This document shows positions 24,201-35,732 of a DNA stretch of 64,000 nucleotides, piece by piece; position 1 is the stretch's first letter, and every line of letters begins with the position of its first letter. Below the pieces are notes generated by a model, which worked only from the letters and a program-made list of their open reading frames with translations, was not told the DNA's origin and did no database searches. This DNA is from Iphione sp. A-MEVVRFRX5 (Eukaryota): NCBI GenBank assembly GCA_976226885.1, contig OZ320313.1, forward strand, positions 87,668,001 to 87,732,000. The letters are read 5' to 3'. The position numbers and the translations under genes are program-made.

Positions 24201-25722
24201 TTTTGGCCTAATACAAAACAATATCACCATGTCCAGTGTTATGAACGAACCACAGATGTATCTATGACTATATAACCAGACCAGCCAAGATTTATTAATT
24301 AAATTATTAATCACTGGCTTGCATAGCTACATTATCTATATTAAGATAGACCTAATAGTATTTCATTTCACCCTAAAATATGTGATTTGGTTAAATTTAC
24401 TAACTAGAGAGAATGTAACATTTTGTTTCCCTATACTGGAGCCGTGCACATACTGAATGACTGCCACTACATCTAACACCACCCACCACAAAAGGCAAAA
24501 CACACCTTGTTGTAGCAATCTGCTAGTGATGAGTCCATTTCCCTTTGGCGTGGCTGAGGGGGCATGTTATGGCCTGTCCCATTTCCTTCTACACAAAAGT
24601 GTATATCTAACACAGTATCACCAGTTCATCTGCCTGCATCTGTCACTAGCAATGCATAATCTATTTGTTTTGCTGATTACAGAACAAATTGGACAAAAGC
24701 TTCAAACTACTGTCAAAGCGCATTGAATACGGACGGCCATGCTGGAATGATCTCCTCAAACAAATCGCCACATCTTACCCAAAGTAAGCATAGTGAGTAA
24801 AACAGTATACATGTACATGTATTTTATACGTGTCGCTGTAACTCAGTAACATGCACCCAATAGACCCATCGACAGCCGCAAAAGAAATGGGTAGTGCGGA
24901 CGGAACTTTTACGAAATTGCGACATTGTCTCAATTTTAAGCCATCCCATTGGTCAATTCGTGTCATGACGTAATAAAATATAAAAGTTACGTCCGCGCTA
25001 CCCGTTTCTTTCGTGGCTGGCGATCAGCTCATTCAGCAGTGTTCTACAACAACGTACTTGTATATTAACACGGGTATGTTTAAACAATATGAAATTAGCG
25101 ATGGTGACACTGTCATATGTTTGGATTTATATTGGTACAGATATTCGGATAGGATGATAGGTATGCATATATTTAGTGCATAGGGGACTACGACCAGTCC
25201 TATATTAACTATTCTATTGAGCTTTTTCCCCAGTACTCTTGATCCCTCTAGAACACTTTTCTGATGAGGGCTTTGACTTCTGGTCATTAGTAAAAAGTGC
25301 ATCTGTAGCCTTCTGTATGTGTATATGTGTGTTATTAGTGTGTGTGTACCGATCCACGACTACAATACCAACAATGGGGATGGGGGCGGGGGTACGTATT
25401 GAACTCTGTAAATGCTCTTCACAGGACTACCTAAGATATGCACAGATGCACTAAATGATTCATTAGAGTAAAAGTAAAAGCAATCGTATCATAAATCATC
25501 ACATATCATATCATTATACGACTTTGATCGTCTCCTGACAAGTAACCGCCGATGAGTCGACAGAGTTATTAATACATTCGTTTCGTTAATTTCCTTCCGT
25601 CTAGGCGTACTGCCGGTGTTTTCCTTTGCGGGCCTCAGTCGCTTGTCATGGACGTATCTCGCCATTGCTTCGAAGTGAGAAAACGTAGTACAACATTTCA
25701 TTGTTACAAAGAATCATTTTGA
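5025..25722 (+). CDS. NOX4: NADPH oxidase 4-like protein, 17 coding exons, 560 aa. Exons: 5025-5081, 7459-7554, 7787-7900, 8118-8202, 8308-8405, 9495-9595, 9860-9940, 10112-10259, 10597-10764, 15320-15382, 17165-17225, 17408-17492, 19248-19367, 20008-20116, 20254-20331, 24683-24783, 25605-25722
   Basis: All 16 introns are GT-AG with compatible phases, and the spliced ORF is 1683 nt with no internal stop. Motifs: LCLSRA..LLPLCR, FH-x13-H (TM3), PGATG, FDIFWYTHH-x11-H (TM5), HPPGC, PGQ, HPYT, GDW, GPF, VAGGIGITPF, W.CRD, FWQDNRPD, GRP.W, FLCGP, C-terminal KESF. HPPGC, DIFWYTH and FWQ.NRPD point to NOX4 rather than NOX2. No EF-hand or peroxidase region is present, arguing against NOX5/DUOX. Confidence 0.93.
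5744..6062. repeat. Interspersed repeat, copy 2 (MITE-like, NOX4 intron 1)
   Basis: Homologous to 3345-3652; imperfect ends ggcctgtg / cacagcc. Confidence 0.7.
7459..7554 (+). CDS. NOX4: NOX4 exon 2, ASWLTINGVIFWRTYRYYQQSPQFFYLHGMLG (TM1)
   Basis: ttgcag acceptor, GTATGT donor, 96 nt, YLH.MLG motif. Confidence 0.92.
7787..7900 (+). CDS. NOX4: NOX4 exon 3, AGLCLSRATANVASFNLGVLLLPLCRCALAAIRLLPYP (TM2)
   Basis: acacag acceptor, GTGAGT donor, GLCLSRA and LLP.CR motifs. Confidence 0.95.
8118..8202 (+). CDS. NOX4: NOX4 exon 4, VSRGLITTVISHCKGFHILCARTLLFAS (B-loop/TM3, first heme His)
   Basis: tttatag acceptor, GTAAGC donor, 85 nt, FH motif. Confidence 0.9.
8308..8405 (+). CDS. NOX4: NOX4 exon 5, (V)LHYFGHVFNAVNFSGNYNRNIADINAASRPNE
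   Basis: 98 nt, second heme His, NA.NFS.NY motif, GTGAGT donor. Confidence 0.93.
9495..9595 (+). CDS. NOX4: NOX4 exon 6, SPTVIVLRCLPGATGVLMLALLIVIFSASGVAV(R) (TM4)
   Basis: cctttag acceptor, GTGAGA donor, PG.TG motif. Confidence 0.93.
9860..9940 (+). CDS. NOX4: NOX4 exon 7, RGSFDIFWYTHHLSVILYLLVLIHGF (TM5, two heme His)
   Basis: ctacag acceptor, GTAAGT donor, 81 nt, FWYTHH motif. Confidence 0.96.
10112..10259 (+). CDS. NOX4: NOX4 exon 8, GILKAQKNVSLHPPGCLDVNISMGLQQIELQSDADLCSEPPQFEDIGLT (E-loop)
   Basis: HPPGC and C.EPP.F motifs, GTAAGT donor. Confidence 0.93.
10597..10764 (+). CDS. NOX4: NOX4 exon 9, SWTWITVPLCIYICDVVYRKVIRNRHPCHVVRTIPYPGDIIEIQMYKEGFTAEPGQ (TM6 and start of FAD domain)
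   Basis: W.W...PLC.Y and PGQ motifs, GTACGT donor. Confidence 0.95.
10966..11310. mobile_element. MITE family A copy (NOX4 intron 9)
   Basis: ggcaaaaaaaggtgtgttcctggtaac ... gttatcagaaacacacc; homologous to the other family A copies. Confidence 0.8.
11680..14860 (-). mobile_element. Decayed Ty3/Gypsy LTR-retrotransposon relic in NOX4 intron 9 (boundaries approximate, LTRs not identified)
   Basis: Minus-strand remnants in Gypsy order, broken by stops and frameshifts: gag knuckle-like GCYFSNNPSHF (~13350), protease-like WLADTDAS (~13060), RT LCNAPSTFVRLMETVLRGL..SCL..LDD (~12620-12705), integrase zinc-finger-like GH.LGERR..LYLW....AWC (~12310-12410). Confidence 0.85.
14907..15086. mobile_element. 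180-bp MITE related to family C
   Basis: gcaattgacggatcgctgaacgttgaagta ... tacttcaacgttcagtgatctgctaattgc inverted repeat; internal similarity to segments at ~22590-22660 and ~24900-24975. Confidence 0.75.
15320..15382 (+). CDS. NOX4: NOX4 exon 10, FVLLHCPSISALETHPYTITK
   Basis: 63 nt, LHCPS.SALE.HP.T FAD motif. Confidence 0.96.
17165..17225 (+). CDS. NOX4: NOX4 exon 11, CPAQGNAVFSVHLKAAGDWS
   Basis: 61 nt, VHLK..GDW motif. Confidence 0.95.
17408..17492 (+). CDS. NOX4: NOX4 exon 12, (G)KLKSMLSGTSEELPDTDDQPPRNENKC(T), variable linker
   Basis: The phase 1-to-2 open exon I found between exons 11 and 13; taaacag acceptor, GTTAGT donor; little sequence conservation. Confidence 0.78.
17677..18253. 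mobile_element. Tc1/mariner-type MITE with three 64-bp internal repeats (NOX4 intron 12)
   Basis: TIR CAGGAGAACCTTACTTTGCGACC at both ends, TA flanks; gtcaactgtgac at 17918, 17982, 18046; followed by (TA)n. Confidence 0.9.
18254..18281. repeat. (TA)n microsatellite
   Basis: Seen directly. Confidence 0.95.
19248..19367 (+). CDS. NOX4: NOX4 exon 13, LMVEGPFASPLQDCLSYRLCLWVAGGIGITPFIAHLHNL
   Basis: 120 nt, GPF and VAGGIGITPF NADPH motifs. Confidence 0.97.
20008..20116 (+). CDS. NOX4: NOX4 exon 14, ETSVRHQIDRLYIVWLCRDWETFLGFAELLCDIYKQ
   Basis: 109 nt, RLY..W.CRD and FA.LLC motifs. Confidence 0.95.
20254..20331 (+). CDS. NOX4: NOX4 exon 15, FWQDNRPDGFHISLRVTGTEVLPRAQ
   Basis: FWQ.NRPD motif, GTATGG donor; a possible alternative in-frame donor follows 20313. 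Confidence 0.9.
23872..24208. mobile_element. Complete PIF/Harbinger-type MITE, family A (NOX4 intron 15)
   Basis: Terminal inverted repeats (TIRs) GGCCAAAAAAA..TGTGTTTC.GTAAC / GTTAC..GAAACACA..TTTTTTTGGCC, flanked by direct TAA on both sides. Confidence 0.88.
24683..24783 (+). CDS. NOX4: NOX4 exon 16, NKLDKSFKLLSKRIEYGRPCWNDLLKQIATSYP
   Basis: 101 nt, GRP.W motif, GTAAGC donor. Confidence 0.94.
25605..25722 (+). CDS. NOX4: NOX4 exon 17 (terminal), RTAGVFLCGPQSLVMDVSRHCFEVRKRSTTFHCYKESF*
   Basis: GVF.CGP and KESF-stop motifs. Confidence 0.96.
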
Positions 25723-26236
25723 AAAACATCCCTTGATCGTAAAACTATAATGACGAAAATAGTAACTAGTTCTGATCGGAGAGAGGACGTAAAGTGAATG
25801 TGTTGCGGTGATAGTAGTGCACGTCATTGACACCAGACGGCAGCAAAGGTTGTGGGTGCAGGAAGGCCCAGTAAGGAAACCCTTGTTAGCTTGACTTCTT
25901 AAATCACGGAAGTCTGGAGTTTTGGCTACCTGTTACCTGGGGTATCTTTAAAAGGTGACCTGGTGACTTGATGTCTTAATTTAAGTGACTTTTCACCTGA
26001 AAAAAGTTAATCAGGCAAAAAGTGACATACAACTTCAAAACGTTCATTGAAGTGACTTTATGACCTGGGTCCTTTAAAAAAAACTCTCGCGACCTGTCGG
26101 CCTGGCCGGTTATTTGAATGAAGGACACTCACTGTTCCGTGTATATCAATACCGGGGAACAGGAGAGTCGATGGCCAGGAACTCCTGAATTGTAAGCGGT
26201 GGGATCCAGGGGGAGCATTATCTCGGGCTCCCTCCG

Positions 26237-26242
26237 AATAAA
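26237..26242 (+). terminator. Candidate polyadenylation signal for NOX4
   Basis: AATAAA about 515 nt after the stop; no transcript evidence. Confidence 0.3.
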
Positions 26243-26589
26243 ACTACATAACTTATCTCTGGGGTATGTCCCTCGTCATACCTCGACCGGCAACACAGCA
26301 TACTGTCTTCCTGTATTGGTGTCATGTAGACATCAGATGATGGTCTCGTCACGGCTATCGATTTTTATTTAAATGTGGTGCCCCAGCGTAGAAAACCTTC
26401 GTTCAGTCCCAAAAACCATCACGAATACACAAGGTACTCTGTGTTTATAAGTTTGAGGATGGATTCCTTAGAAGTAGTATAAGGCAAGGCGCTTAAAGAG
26501 AATGCATATACATAAGGTAGACATCTTTATTTATTGCACTAGAAACATGAAGTAGGAAACAGTTACAGATGACCGTACCTATATTTAAA

Positions 26590-26937
26590 TAGGTGTGTTT
26601 CTGGTCACTAGCCCACCAAAAACCTAGGTAGGGAGGGGGGGGGTATCTTTTTTTTCTTTTTTTAATTTTTTTGTCCACTTTCTTCCTCTGGTTTTCAATA
26701 ATAATAAAGATGATATAGAGAATTTTGACTGATTTGATGAGTTTTACAGTTCTTTGCTGAATTTCCATTGTTTTTGCTTGTTTTTCTACTGAATTTACCA
26801 AAAACATGTGCTATGAAAACACAAATTTAAGGAAATTCAGCCTTCAAAACTCTTTGAGGCCAAAAATGTTTTAGGTAGGGTGAGGTTTTGCTAGGTAGGG
26901 GTGGGTTCCCAGAAACACACCTATTTTTTGGGGGGCC
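26590..26937. mobile_element. MITE family A copy
   Basis: Same internal sequence as the other copies; left TIR eroded, right end ...gggggcc tta. Confidence 0.8.
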
Positions 26938-28371
26938 TTATATAGATAAGAACTCTAAATAAAGTACCAAGGGATGCATCATTGCTAAGGAACTCTTATC
27001 TATAAGTTACTTTTACTCATAAGTAGATCCTCTAGAGTAGATAAATGAGATATAGTAAAGGTATCATCAAGATATTACGTAGATATATAAATATGTCTTA
27101 AGTAACGTTTAAACAGTTTATGGAAAATTGTATCTGCTAAGATATCCAAATGTCCACTGTTAACAGAGATTATTTGTACTTCTTCTTTATATGCATACTA
27201 TATTGTAGCTACAGTAAAACTGACTGAACAGTCACTTGGCTAAATAGTCTTTCATCCAGGCTGATGGCTGCGTTTGTTGTTTTCTATGGTACAATCTAGC
27301 AGTTTCACCAGTGTGTGGTAGACTGTCAGCTGGTGGAATCAGCAGTGGAAGTAATGCTGGAGATACACTACTCCTCACTGTTCTTGTGGTTGTCATCATT
27401 GCATCAGGTACACTTGGCACATCTTAAATAGGTGGGTTGATTTGGTACAGTTCTGAGATGCACACAGTTACATCTGTATCATGTAGCATCACTAGACTTA
27501 CTTTTGATGCTGAATGACCTCCCATATGTTCCTCAACGACCCTTTCCGCCACCACTGCCACCATGTTTATAAGCTTGGAGATGGGCTCAGTAAAGGTCAT
27601 ATAATGCAAGAAACGTGAAGAGACATCTTTATTGTTTGCACTAGCGACAGGAAGTAGAAAGTAAGTACATAAAAGCTCACCAGGTTGCAATGTAGGCATT
27701 TATCAAAAAGGGCGTTAACCAGTACCCTACAGAAAACAAGCACTAACATTACATGTGCGTACACAAAATTGGGGCTTACTTGTTCACAGTTGAACTGAAA
27801 TAAAGATTTTTAAAGACATTATTTGTGAGCCTCCCTTGAAGTACAAACTAATCACAACCATGTTTGTTATCTTGGGCTAAGCAATTTGTGCTCCTTTGTG
27901 CGGTAATCTATTGCATGCGCAGGAAAGCAATCGTCTAGAGAATATTAGTAGATCACTATAGTGATTTGATAGGGAGTTGCTGCACCACCCAAAGTAATGA
28001 CGTAGTACACAACAACACGACGCCCTCTCCGTTCTCCAAGCAGACGCCATGCGATGCCGTGGACAACAACAGTAAGCGCCAGCTGCCACACACCCGTTCC
28101 CTGACGCCTGCTTCGTGCACCAATTAGGTACGCTATGCAGAATAGAAAATATCAGACTACAGCTAGCCTTGCTGTGTCGCAGGTATAGCGGAGTCCTTGG
28201 AGCCCTCGATACTGCATATTCTCTGACGCTATACATGCAGTACTGGCAGCAGTCGTGGCGCCGCGTGCCCCTCTTTGGCACTACAGTCCATCAGCATTCG
28301 AATAGAAATCAGATGGGTTTACTGTACTGCTGTCAACACAGAGTTCTCGACTCTCACTATTTCTAACTTAC

Positions 28372-28740
28372 CTGTGCACAGCACCCGACGTGCTATTTAT
28401 AGCGGAAGCCTTGACGACCTTGGTGTTGGCAGCTGCTGCGCTCTTCTCGCTTACGTCTCCGGCTCCGATTTTTCGCAGCGCTTCGATGTAGCGGAGAAAG
28501 TGCTCGTGGAGCTTTGTTAATCAGCCGTCGTCAGTTTATGCAGGGAGCTGTCAAGTCGCCCGGACGGCTCAGCTGGGCTAATATCATAGCGCACAACCAC
28601 TGGGCAGCATGAGTCACCGGGCCCGAACAGAGCCGGTCGAACGGCAGCGTCGGCTAAAGCATGGGCACACCAAAGGAAGCTAGAGTGGGATCGACAATGT
28701 CGACCCCTGTCTATCCGTGCTCTAACCTACCACCACGTGG
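28372..28740. promoter_or_regulatory. CpG-rich island, probable promoter/first-exon region
   Basis: High GC/CpG against AT-rich flanks; minus-strand donor CAG|GTAAGT at 28372; TGACTCA (AP-1-like) at ~28610 on the minus strand; plus-strand ATG exon ~250 nt downstream. Confidence 0.45.
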
Positions 28741-28986
28741 ATACATGATCACTTTTCATGAGAATGTACGAGGACAAAAATGTTTCCTTTGCCAAGTTTT
28801 GGAGACCACCAGACACGTCTGTCAGATTCAGAATAGTTCAGATAACTCAGATGAAGCGCCCAGAGATCGACATTAAGTGTCGCGTACATTACTTGTCTTT
28901 TTAAAAATTCTGATGAACGTGGAATATGTTATAAACTGTTCACAGTGCATTTACAGTATTTGTGCTGAGTTATTTGCTTGAGAATT

Positions 28987-29079
28987 ATGGCCTCCAAAGC
29001 AAAGGACAAAGCACGTTCAAGAACAAGGAGACATCCTACACCACAACAAGGATACCATTCTGTGGCGGAGACTATAAAG
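28987..29079 (+). CDS. Candidate first coding exon of an unidentified gene, MASKAKDKARSRTRRHPTPQQGYHSVAETIK
   Basis: Acceptor at 28956, ATGG start, 31 open codons, strong AAG|GTAAGT donor, just downstream of a CpG-rich island. Confidence 0.5.
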
Positions 29080-32000
29080 GTAAGTATTGAATACCCTAAA
29101 CGCCGATACAGAGTATTTTGATGTTGGTACACGTATATGCAAACACAGATACGGGTGAAAATCTTAGTTCAAATGACAACTCAACACACGGGTGGTTACC
29201 TTACTTACCCGTAATACCCTACAGTGTTATCTATATTCCTGAAATTATTGTACACAACGTAGAGAGAACGTCTTATTCCCTGTTTTGGCCTAACTGGGTA
29301 GCATTGGTTCCGACGAAACTGTATAATGACGCTGCCAAGCTGGGAAGCCTTTGTTGACTCTGAAACAAAGGTTCAGTGCTAAGCTACAGTTAATGAGGTA
29401 TGACCATAGAGCATGTGGCATGCGTGATATACTAGTTGTTTATTGACGCCTTCCGCACGGAGAGACGCCGTGCCGGATGACTCGATGAGGACGCCTCTGT
29501 AATAGAGTGGGGCGAACTTACGGGACCATGCATCTGTTCCCTGCCTTGTATTGAATAAACTAAATGATGAGTGTATGATTATGGGATAAAGGCGGCGTGG
29601 TCTGGAACGATTAGCAGCGCCAGTGTTGTTAGGAACACCTGCCACGCCTGGGCAGTGTCCCCTACGTTCCCTGACTGTCACCATCGCCTGATCATCCAGG
29701 GATGCAAAAAGGCTATAATCTCGCGACTATTGATTGGTTAGGGGTACACGTAACCATAAACCTACGTTTCATCTGGCATGGAATTAAGTGCGTAGTGATA
29801 ATATTTAATGTAACGTTGTGATAAGTAAACTGCTTTTATCCAAATATTTCACAAGGTAACGATCGATGATCGATGCGCCTAGTTAACCCACAAATATCAA
29901 CGTAGGTTTGTGCAAAATGCTAAAGACTGCTTTACACATTTCTTCCGTTAGTTTATGTACAGGATAACGTTAGGAAAAATTAACATTGCCCCGGGATCCA
30001 TCAAGATCCCTGAGGAGAGCATGCGGAGATAAGAAGACGAGAATTATTTATCGCCATGAGTAGCGATATTAAATGGTGCAAATCACGATTTACCTCTCTA
30101 ATTCACCGGGAATTTACAACTTTCTTCAGACTATGTCCTTGGAGATTGATTTATCCTTTCAGTAACGTTATGAAAAGAATGTCCGTGAAACGCTGTGCTG
30201 CCACATATCCATACAGAGCATGATAGAAACTGGTATTGACGGACCGCTCTTCATAGTTCGATCTCAGGAAAGGATCACACCTGTACCACGTGAAGCAAGT
30301 TTCTGATGACGCTCCTTTTCAGTTTGTTGGTCTATATACTTTGTGCAACCTCTGCATTGTTTCGGGGATAACACTACATATTGAAACTGAATTTGGACTC
30401 CTACAATAACATATTTCTGTCATCTACATAGAATATAGGGGGCAGGATTTACTTTTCCAGCCACATGTAAAATCAGATGAAACAGTCCGTGAATGCTGCA
30501 GCTTGACAGAAACGAATGGAGGCAGCTGATTTGTTGGTATTCCTTCACGTGTTAGTTTACATATAATATCCAACAACTGTCTCATGCACGTTCTTTAAAG
30601 TATGTCTCCCTTTTCTAAATGTGAAGTTCCCTGACAGGTACAAATGATATATAGATGTACATGGAGCTTAACCAAGGGCTAGTAGGGCAGTCTTTCCATG
30701 TGTATGAAAAATACGCAGTCCCAATTTCAAACATGTAATTTATGCAGAACTATGCACATCATAAAAAATGCCTTTCCATGTATACGTGAGAAACACATAA
30801 GACATCTAGAGGGTGTGTCGAGAACTAATTTGGTATGTCATGTACCAATCACACACCACAGACATGTATCCTGAAGCAGGAAAACTGGTACCTCTCAGAT
30901 TGACACATATTTCATGCACTGCAATACTTAATATGGATATCGTTCATTAAAAAACAGTGAGCTTGTATTTCACACTCTCCCAGAACCATGTCTGGTTGTA
31001 TAATCTGTGTGCGCATGGAAAGACCCCCTAAGACCTTAAAAGTATCTTTGTTTAACCTGACAGCCACAAATGTATATGGTAGTATCACTTCTACTGCTTA
31101 GAATTTAATAAACTGGTACCATGTGAAAGTTGCCGGTCTAAGGAAGAATCTAGTGTATAGTATGAGTTTCTAGCATTATTCATTCTGAAGGTCTGCACAA
31201 AACAATAAAAGAACTTGAAAGTTACAATTATTTAGTGTAGGGTCAGTCGGGTTACTGGAAACACGTACAGGAAATTCTTAATAGCCCTAGCCGTGTCAGA
31301 GGTGGGAGAAGGGGTCAAAGTTCAGACAAGTTGTAGGTGTTACGGTGTACATGTATTTCTGCCTGTGGTAGAGAAAGTGGTCCGGTCTATTTTCTTCTTT
31401 TATTAATGCAGGCCTTTTCGATATCCAGAACATGATGGCATACCATTTTTCTGGTCTAGAATTTATGATGTTAATATGAGGGTTTGTTGAAAGTTTCTTT
31501 ATAGGAATTTAATTTATAAAGTATTGAGGTTTCTTGAGGCTTCCCCGTACAATTTGCTTGTACTACTTATAGAAAACCTTCATTGTGTTGTTCACCGGAG
31601 AAATACGGATTTAGGCCTTCATATCTCAAGGAGTGTCAGTTATGCAGTTGAGGACATTAACAGGCAATACGATAATTATTCATATCTGCAAGACGGATGT
31701 ATTGGGGAATGGTGTCATGCCCATTGTTCCCATGGTTAAAAGTAGGATGTATGGGTTAACTACACTTGAACTTTCGTAATTTCCCTTCACTCAGATCCTC
31801 AGCTACCCCATAACCCATAACGGTCTCAGAACGACATAGCTCCGTTTACCCGAAGCGTGTCTGCAGTTCTCCTGATTAAAGGTTCGTTAAATAGACATGA
31901 AAACTTAGTATTTAGATTGGTGAGATGCATAAGACATGATATCAGATTCTCGCTCATAAACGGGGGAAGAGTATGTTGTTACATACTGTGTCACTTGTAA

Positions 32001-34453
32001 GTAAGTATAGATGGATGGATGGTTGGCTTTTGCACTGCAAGTTGTGCAACATAGACAACAAATTATTAAGCACTGTTCAAGGTTGGTTTCATGCATACTT
32101 ACTTTGTCCATGCAGGAAAAGTGTTCCAAGCTTGAATTACACACATCTTTAGTATGAATTTCAGGAAACTTCCTGGTATTTTCATGATTTGAACACATCG
32201 TTATCATTACTCCCAGTAAAAGTCCTGGTATTCTGTAACTTAAATTAGGGGTAACACAGAGACACAGAGAGCTTGATTCCAATCTTATCTTATCATATGC
32301 TACTGATATGTTGGGATGTAGAATTCGTTACTGTCGGAAATGAATGAGTAATGCTAATACATGAACAATGCACTCATTCATACACAAGCCTCCTCAACTA
32401 TTAATATGTTTCCAATTAAAAACATAGACATGCATTGAACAAACACTTGTTTTGAAGCTGGTCCTCAGTGCTAATCTGTCCAGAACCTTTCCTCAGAAGC
32501 TTGGGGGCACTTCCAAACAAAGACATGTTTCGTGAGGCTCCACATTGATTCGTTAAGGACAAAACGTCGTTACACTGCTGCATATGTCTAAGTGTGCACG
32601 GTCTGGTTTGCTCAGTCATTGATTTGAAGAAGAAGCGACCTCCCGTCCATGCCACCACGGCACCATGACAACTCCATGTGATCTACCCGCTTTTTATTAG
32701 GAGCGACGCGACGCCCGGGGTAGCTTCCGCCTGTGTTCTTTTCCTTCCGGATTTACCAGAAAGAATGAAGATATGATATACGGTATATTTTGCATGCGCT
32801 CTATGGAAATAAACGTGGTTTAGATTGATCGATCTATTTGGAAGTAGGTTGGGGCTGGTTGCCGACGGGACAACCAACGCATAACGCATGTTGGTTGATG
32901 GGAAAGTTTCCTTGAGAAACAGCGCAGTGACAGTTCTAAGAGAGTGGAAGATAGAGCATGTGCTATATTAAGCTATTAATTAAAAGCTAAAGAAGGTAGG
33001 ATAAATTACTCATGTGCAGATAAATGTCAATGAAGCACTAAAACTCTAGTTGCTGAAAGAGCTGAAAGCGCCATGCCTACTCACCAGTCTATGGGTATAT
33101 TCTATTTATAGCCCTTCAGACTTTTTAATTCGCAACACGCTATGGCAGAGCAAGATTAGATGGTTAGATGTGTGTCTATCAGTTTCTCTTATTTATAAGA
33201 CCATGAATTCTGAGGAAGACGTGACTTACAAGAATACCGCCATGCAGGAAGCTGGAGATTAGGGTTTACAGGTACATAAGTAGGTCAGAATGGAGCATTT
33301 CCCAGTGGACAGTTGGAATGTGGAATACATAGAGAATCCCAGTAATTAGTCTAGTTTATTTTAAACGAATGCGCTGGTTGTTTTTTGAAATCCTCACTAT
33401 CATTGAAAGAAGTGTTTTCAAAAACATGTGGAAAGTATTTTTCACTTCATTTTGTTTTTTGCTAAATTTTCTATCATGCGAATGCTACATCACGAAAGAC
33501 GGGGTTGAGTCGAATTTAAATTTCAAGAACCAGTAATACTTCCAGTTGATGTCTGTTTGTTGTGCTGAAGTCTAACCAAGCAAGAGGAACCAAGTTGATT
33601 CTAATTTTAGGTCAGTATAGTAGCCGTGATAAACCCACCCCGTCCACCGCTTACTTCAAAGCTTTACATTGGAGGAAGTGGCATTTATCTACTGAAGGAA
33701 GTGTGTTTGAGCAGAAGAACCGATAAGAGTTGTCTGGCAACCCAAAGAGACCACCTCATCTCCCGAGGTGATGCGAAAACGAGCAGCACTGGAGCCTTGG
33801 CAAACACCGGAAAGTATCCACTAACAGTTTGTTGTTCCTCAGATTCGTGCTGTGTGACCTCTGATATAAGGCGGGGTATCCGTTCTGCAAAGTTTCGTCA
33901 GATCTGTAATATCGTGTTGACAGAATAGACATAAAACAGATTAAATGTCCCATGTCACTAAGAATCAACCAAAAGACACAAATATCATGTATAGAAAGGT
34001 ACATGAGCAGAAAAAACAGTGATAGATATATATATAAATATATCGAGAGAGAGATAGACAGACAGACAGACAGACAGACATAATAACAGCCAGCGAGACA
34101 GACAGCCAGTTAGACAGACAGAGGTGTTTAAATGGGCGTATAGCCTCCTACTGAACCATCTCCACACCTGTGAGCAAAGAATGTGGTAGAATTACTCATG
34201 CCTACGGCATGGTAGCCCCAGAAGTTAGCTCATAGTATCAACATTTCCCATGGACTCAATTTATGTTTCCTTACATCGTAGATGTGTCTCAGATTACGGC
34301 AACGTTTCTTAAATTGTCGTGATGCCAGGGATACAATTTACTGTCATACGCCGACCGTAAACCTCACATACCAAAATCCATGGTTATTGAAGGTCTTTGC
34401 ATTAGGCCAGCTTTCCATGTGTCTGGCTTTTTCCCTATACAGAAATTTCGACT

Positions 34454-34500
<47 letters not shown>
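34454..34500. repeat. (GA)n microsatellite
   Basis: Seen directly. Confidence 0.95.
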
Positions 34501-34502
<2 letters not shown>

Positions 34503-35732
34503 TGTGTGTGCGTATGTATATATCTGTATGTATGGAGGTTGAGGCAGATTGGTGGAGGTCAAGGTACATGTATATTGCTGGAAATTTTTTGTTTTTTATG
34601 CAAATTATATGCAAGTTAAAAATATTTCACAACATCAAATATAATTATGTTACACAGTGTTTCTCCTTCTTAAAATGCTTATTTCTGTAGGTTACTTGTC
34701 TGTATGGGTCTCCGGAGTCTGTAGTCCAGAGAAATGTATTGCCCAGGTCCGTTTTGGGTCTCAGGACCCGTACTCCGGACCCATGGACCCATACTCATGG
34801 AAACAATCATGTTGAACAGCATAGGATAGTTTTTTTCACAGCCACACGTCCATGCTGTGGAAACAATTACTGGATATACATGGGAAGCTAACCTTAATGC
34901 AGCACTAGGCAAAAGGACAACTTATAACGCATTTGTTGAAGTGATCATCGGTTCTCTTCTCAGCTATATTCTTATGTCATACTTATAGGTAGGCTCCTTA
35001 TTTGGAAGAATTGAACTGGCGCTTCCTTCTTGAATTTCATGTAAAAAGTATAGATTTATTAATCGGTAAAAACCTCACTTAAGAGGACACCCGTGATTGA
35101 CAGTGATAGTGTCCCAACTTATGAGATACCTCCCGTTCTATAGAACCTATACATAAAACTATACATAAAAGATTCAGTTCCCGAAAGCAAAATCTGTCGC
35201 AATGAAAGAGATGGCCCTTGTTCTAGGGTGGCGCACTAGTGAGATGTTACTGTATGCAGCTTCTTATATTCCCATCACTTAAAGTGCTTTACTGTTAAGA
35301 CAGTATTCCTCTACATCTTCCTCCCGTCTTACCTTTCATTCTACTAAATGTAAAACCTGTTTTACTGTTTGACCTAAAGTTGATCAGGGATAGTGCAAAT
35401 ATTTACTATAGTGTTATGCTACCATGTTCTGACTTTGACGCCAAACTACAAACAATACTTTAAAATAGACTAGGATTCAATGGAATAATGCATTCAGAAT
35501 GGGTGGTAAAGAGAGAAATTCTGTAAATATTTCAACGCAAATTAAGTATAACCACACATCTGTTGTTAATATCATGTTACGTTTCTTTGTCATTAATATC
35601 CCCAGCCGTTGCCATGAGTAGTGTTGAATACTATGCCTCTGAAGGCGTTGATAACGTCTTAAGGATGTTTGCGTGTGACAAAAAAGTATCAAGAATTTTC
35701 CTAACATACCATTAGTTGAAAATTTATGTCAG

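Noticed and set aside
27301-27428. Plus-strand TM or GPI-signal-like exon (DTLLLTVLVVVIIASGTLGTS*)
   Set aside because: No linked upstream exons after the NOX4 stop; it is the antisense of an equally weak minus ORF.
28394-28401. Minus-strand TATAAATA as a TATA box
   Set aside because: Only 22 nt upstream of the splice donor, leaving no room for a first exon at the usual ~30-nt spacing.
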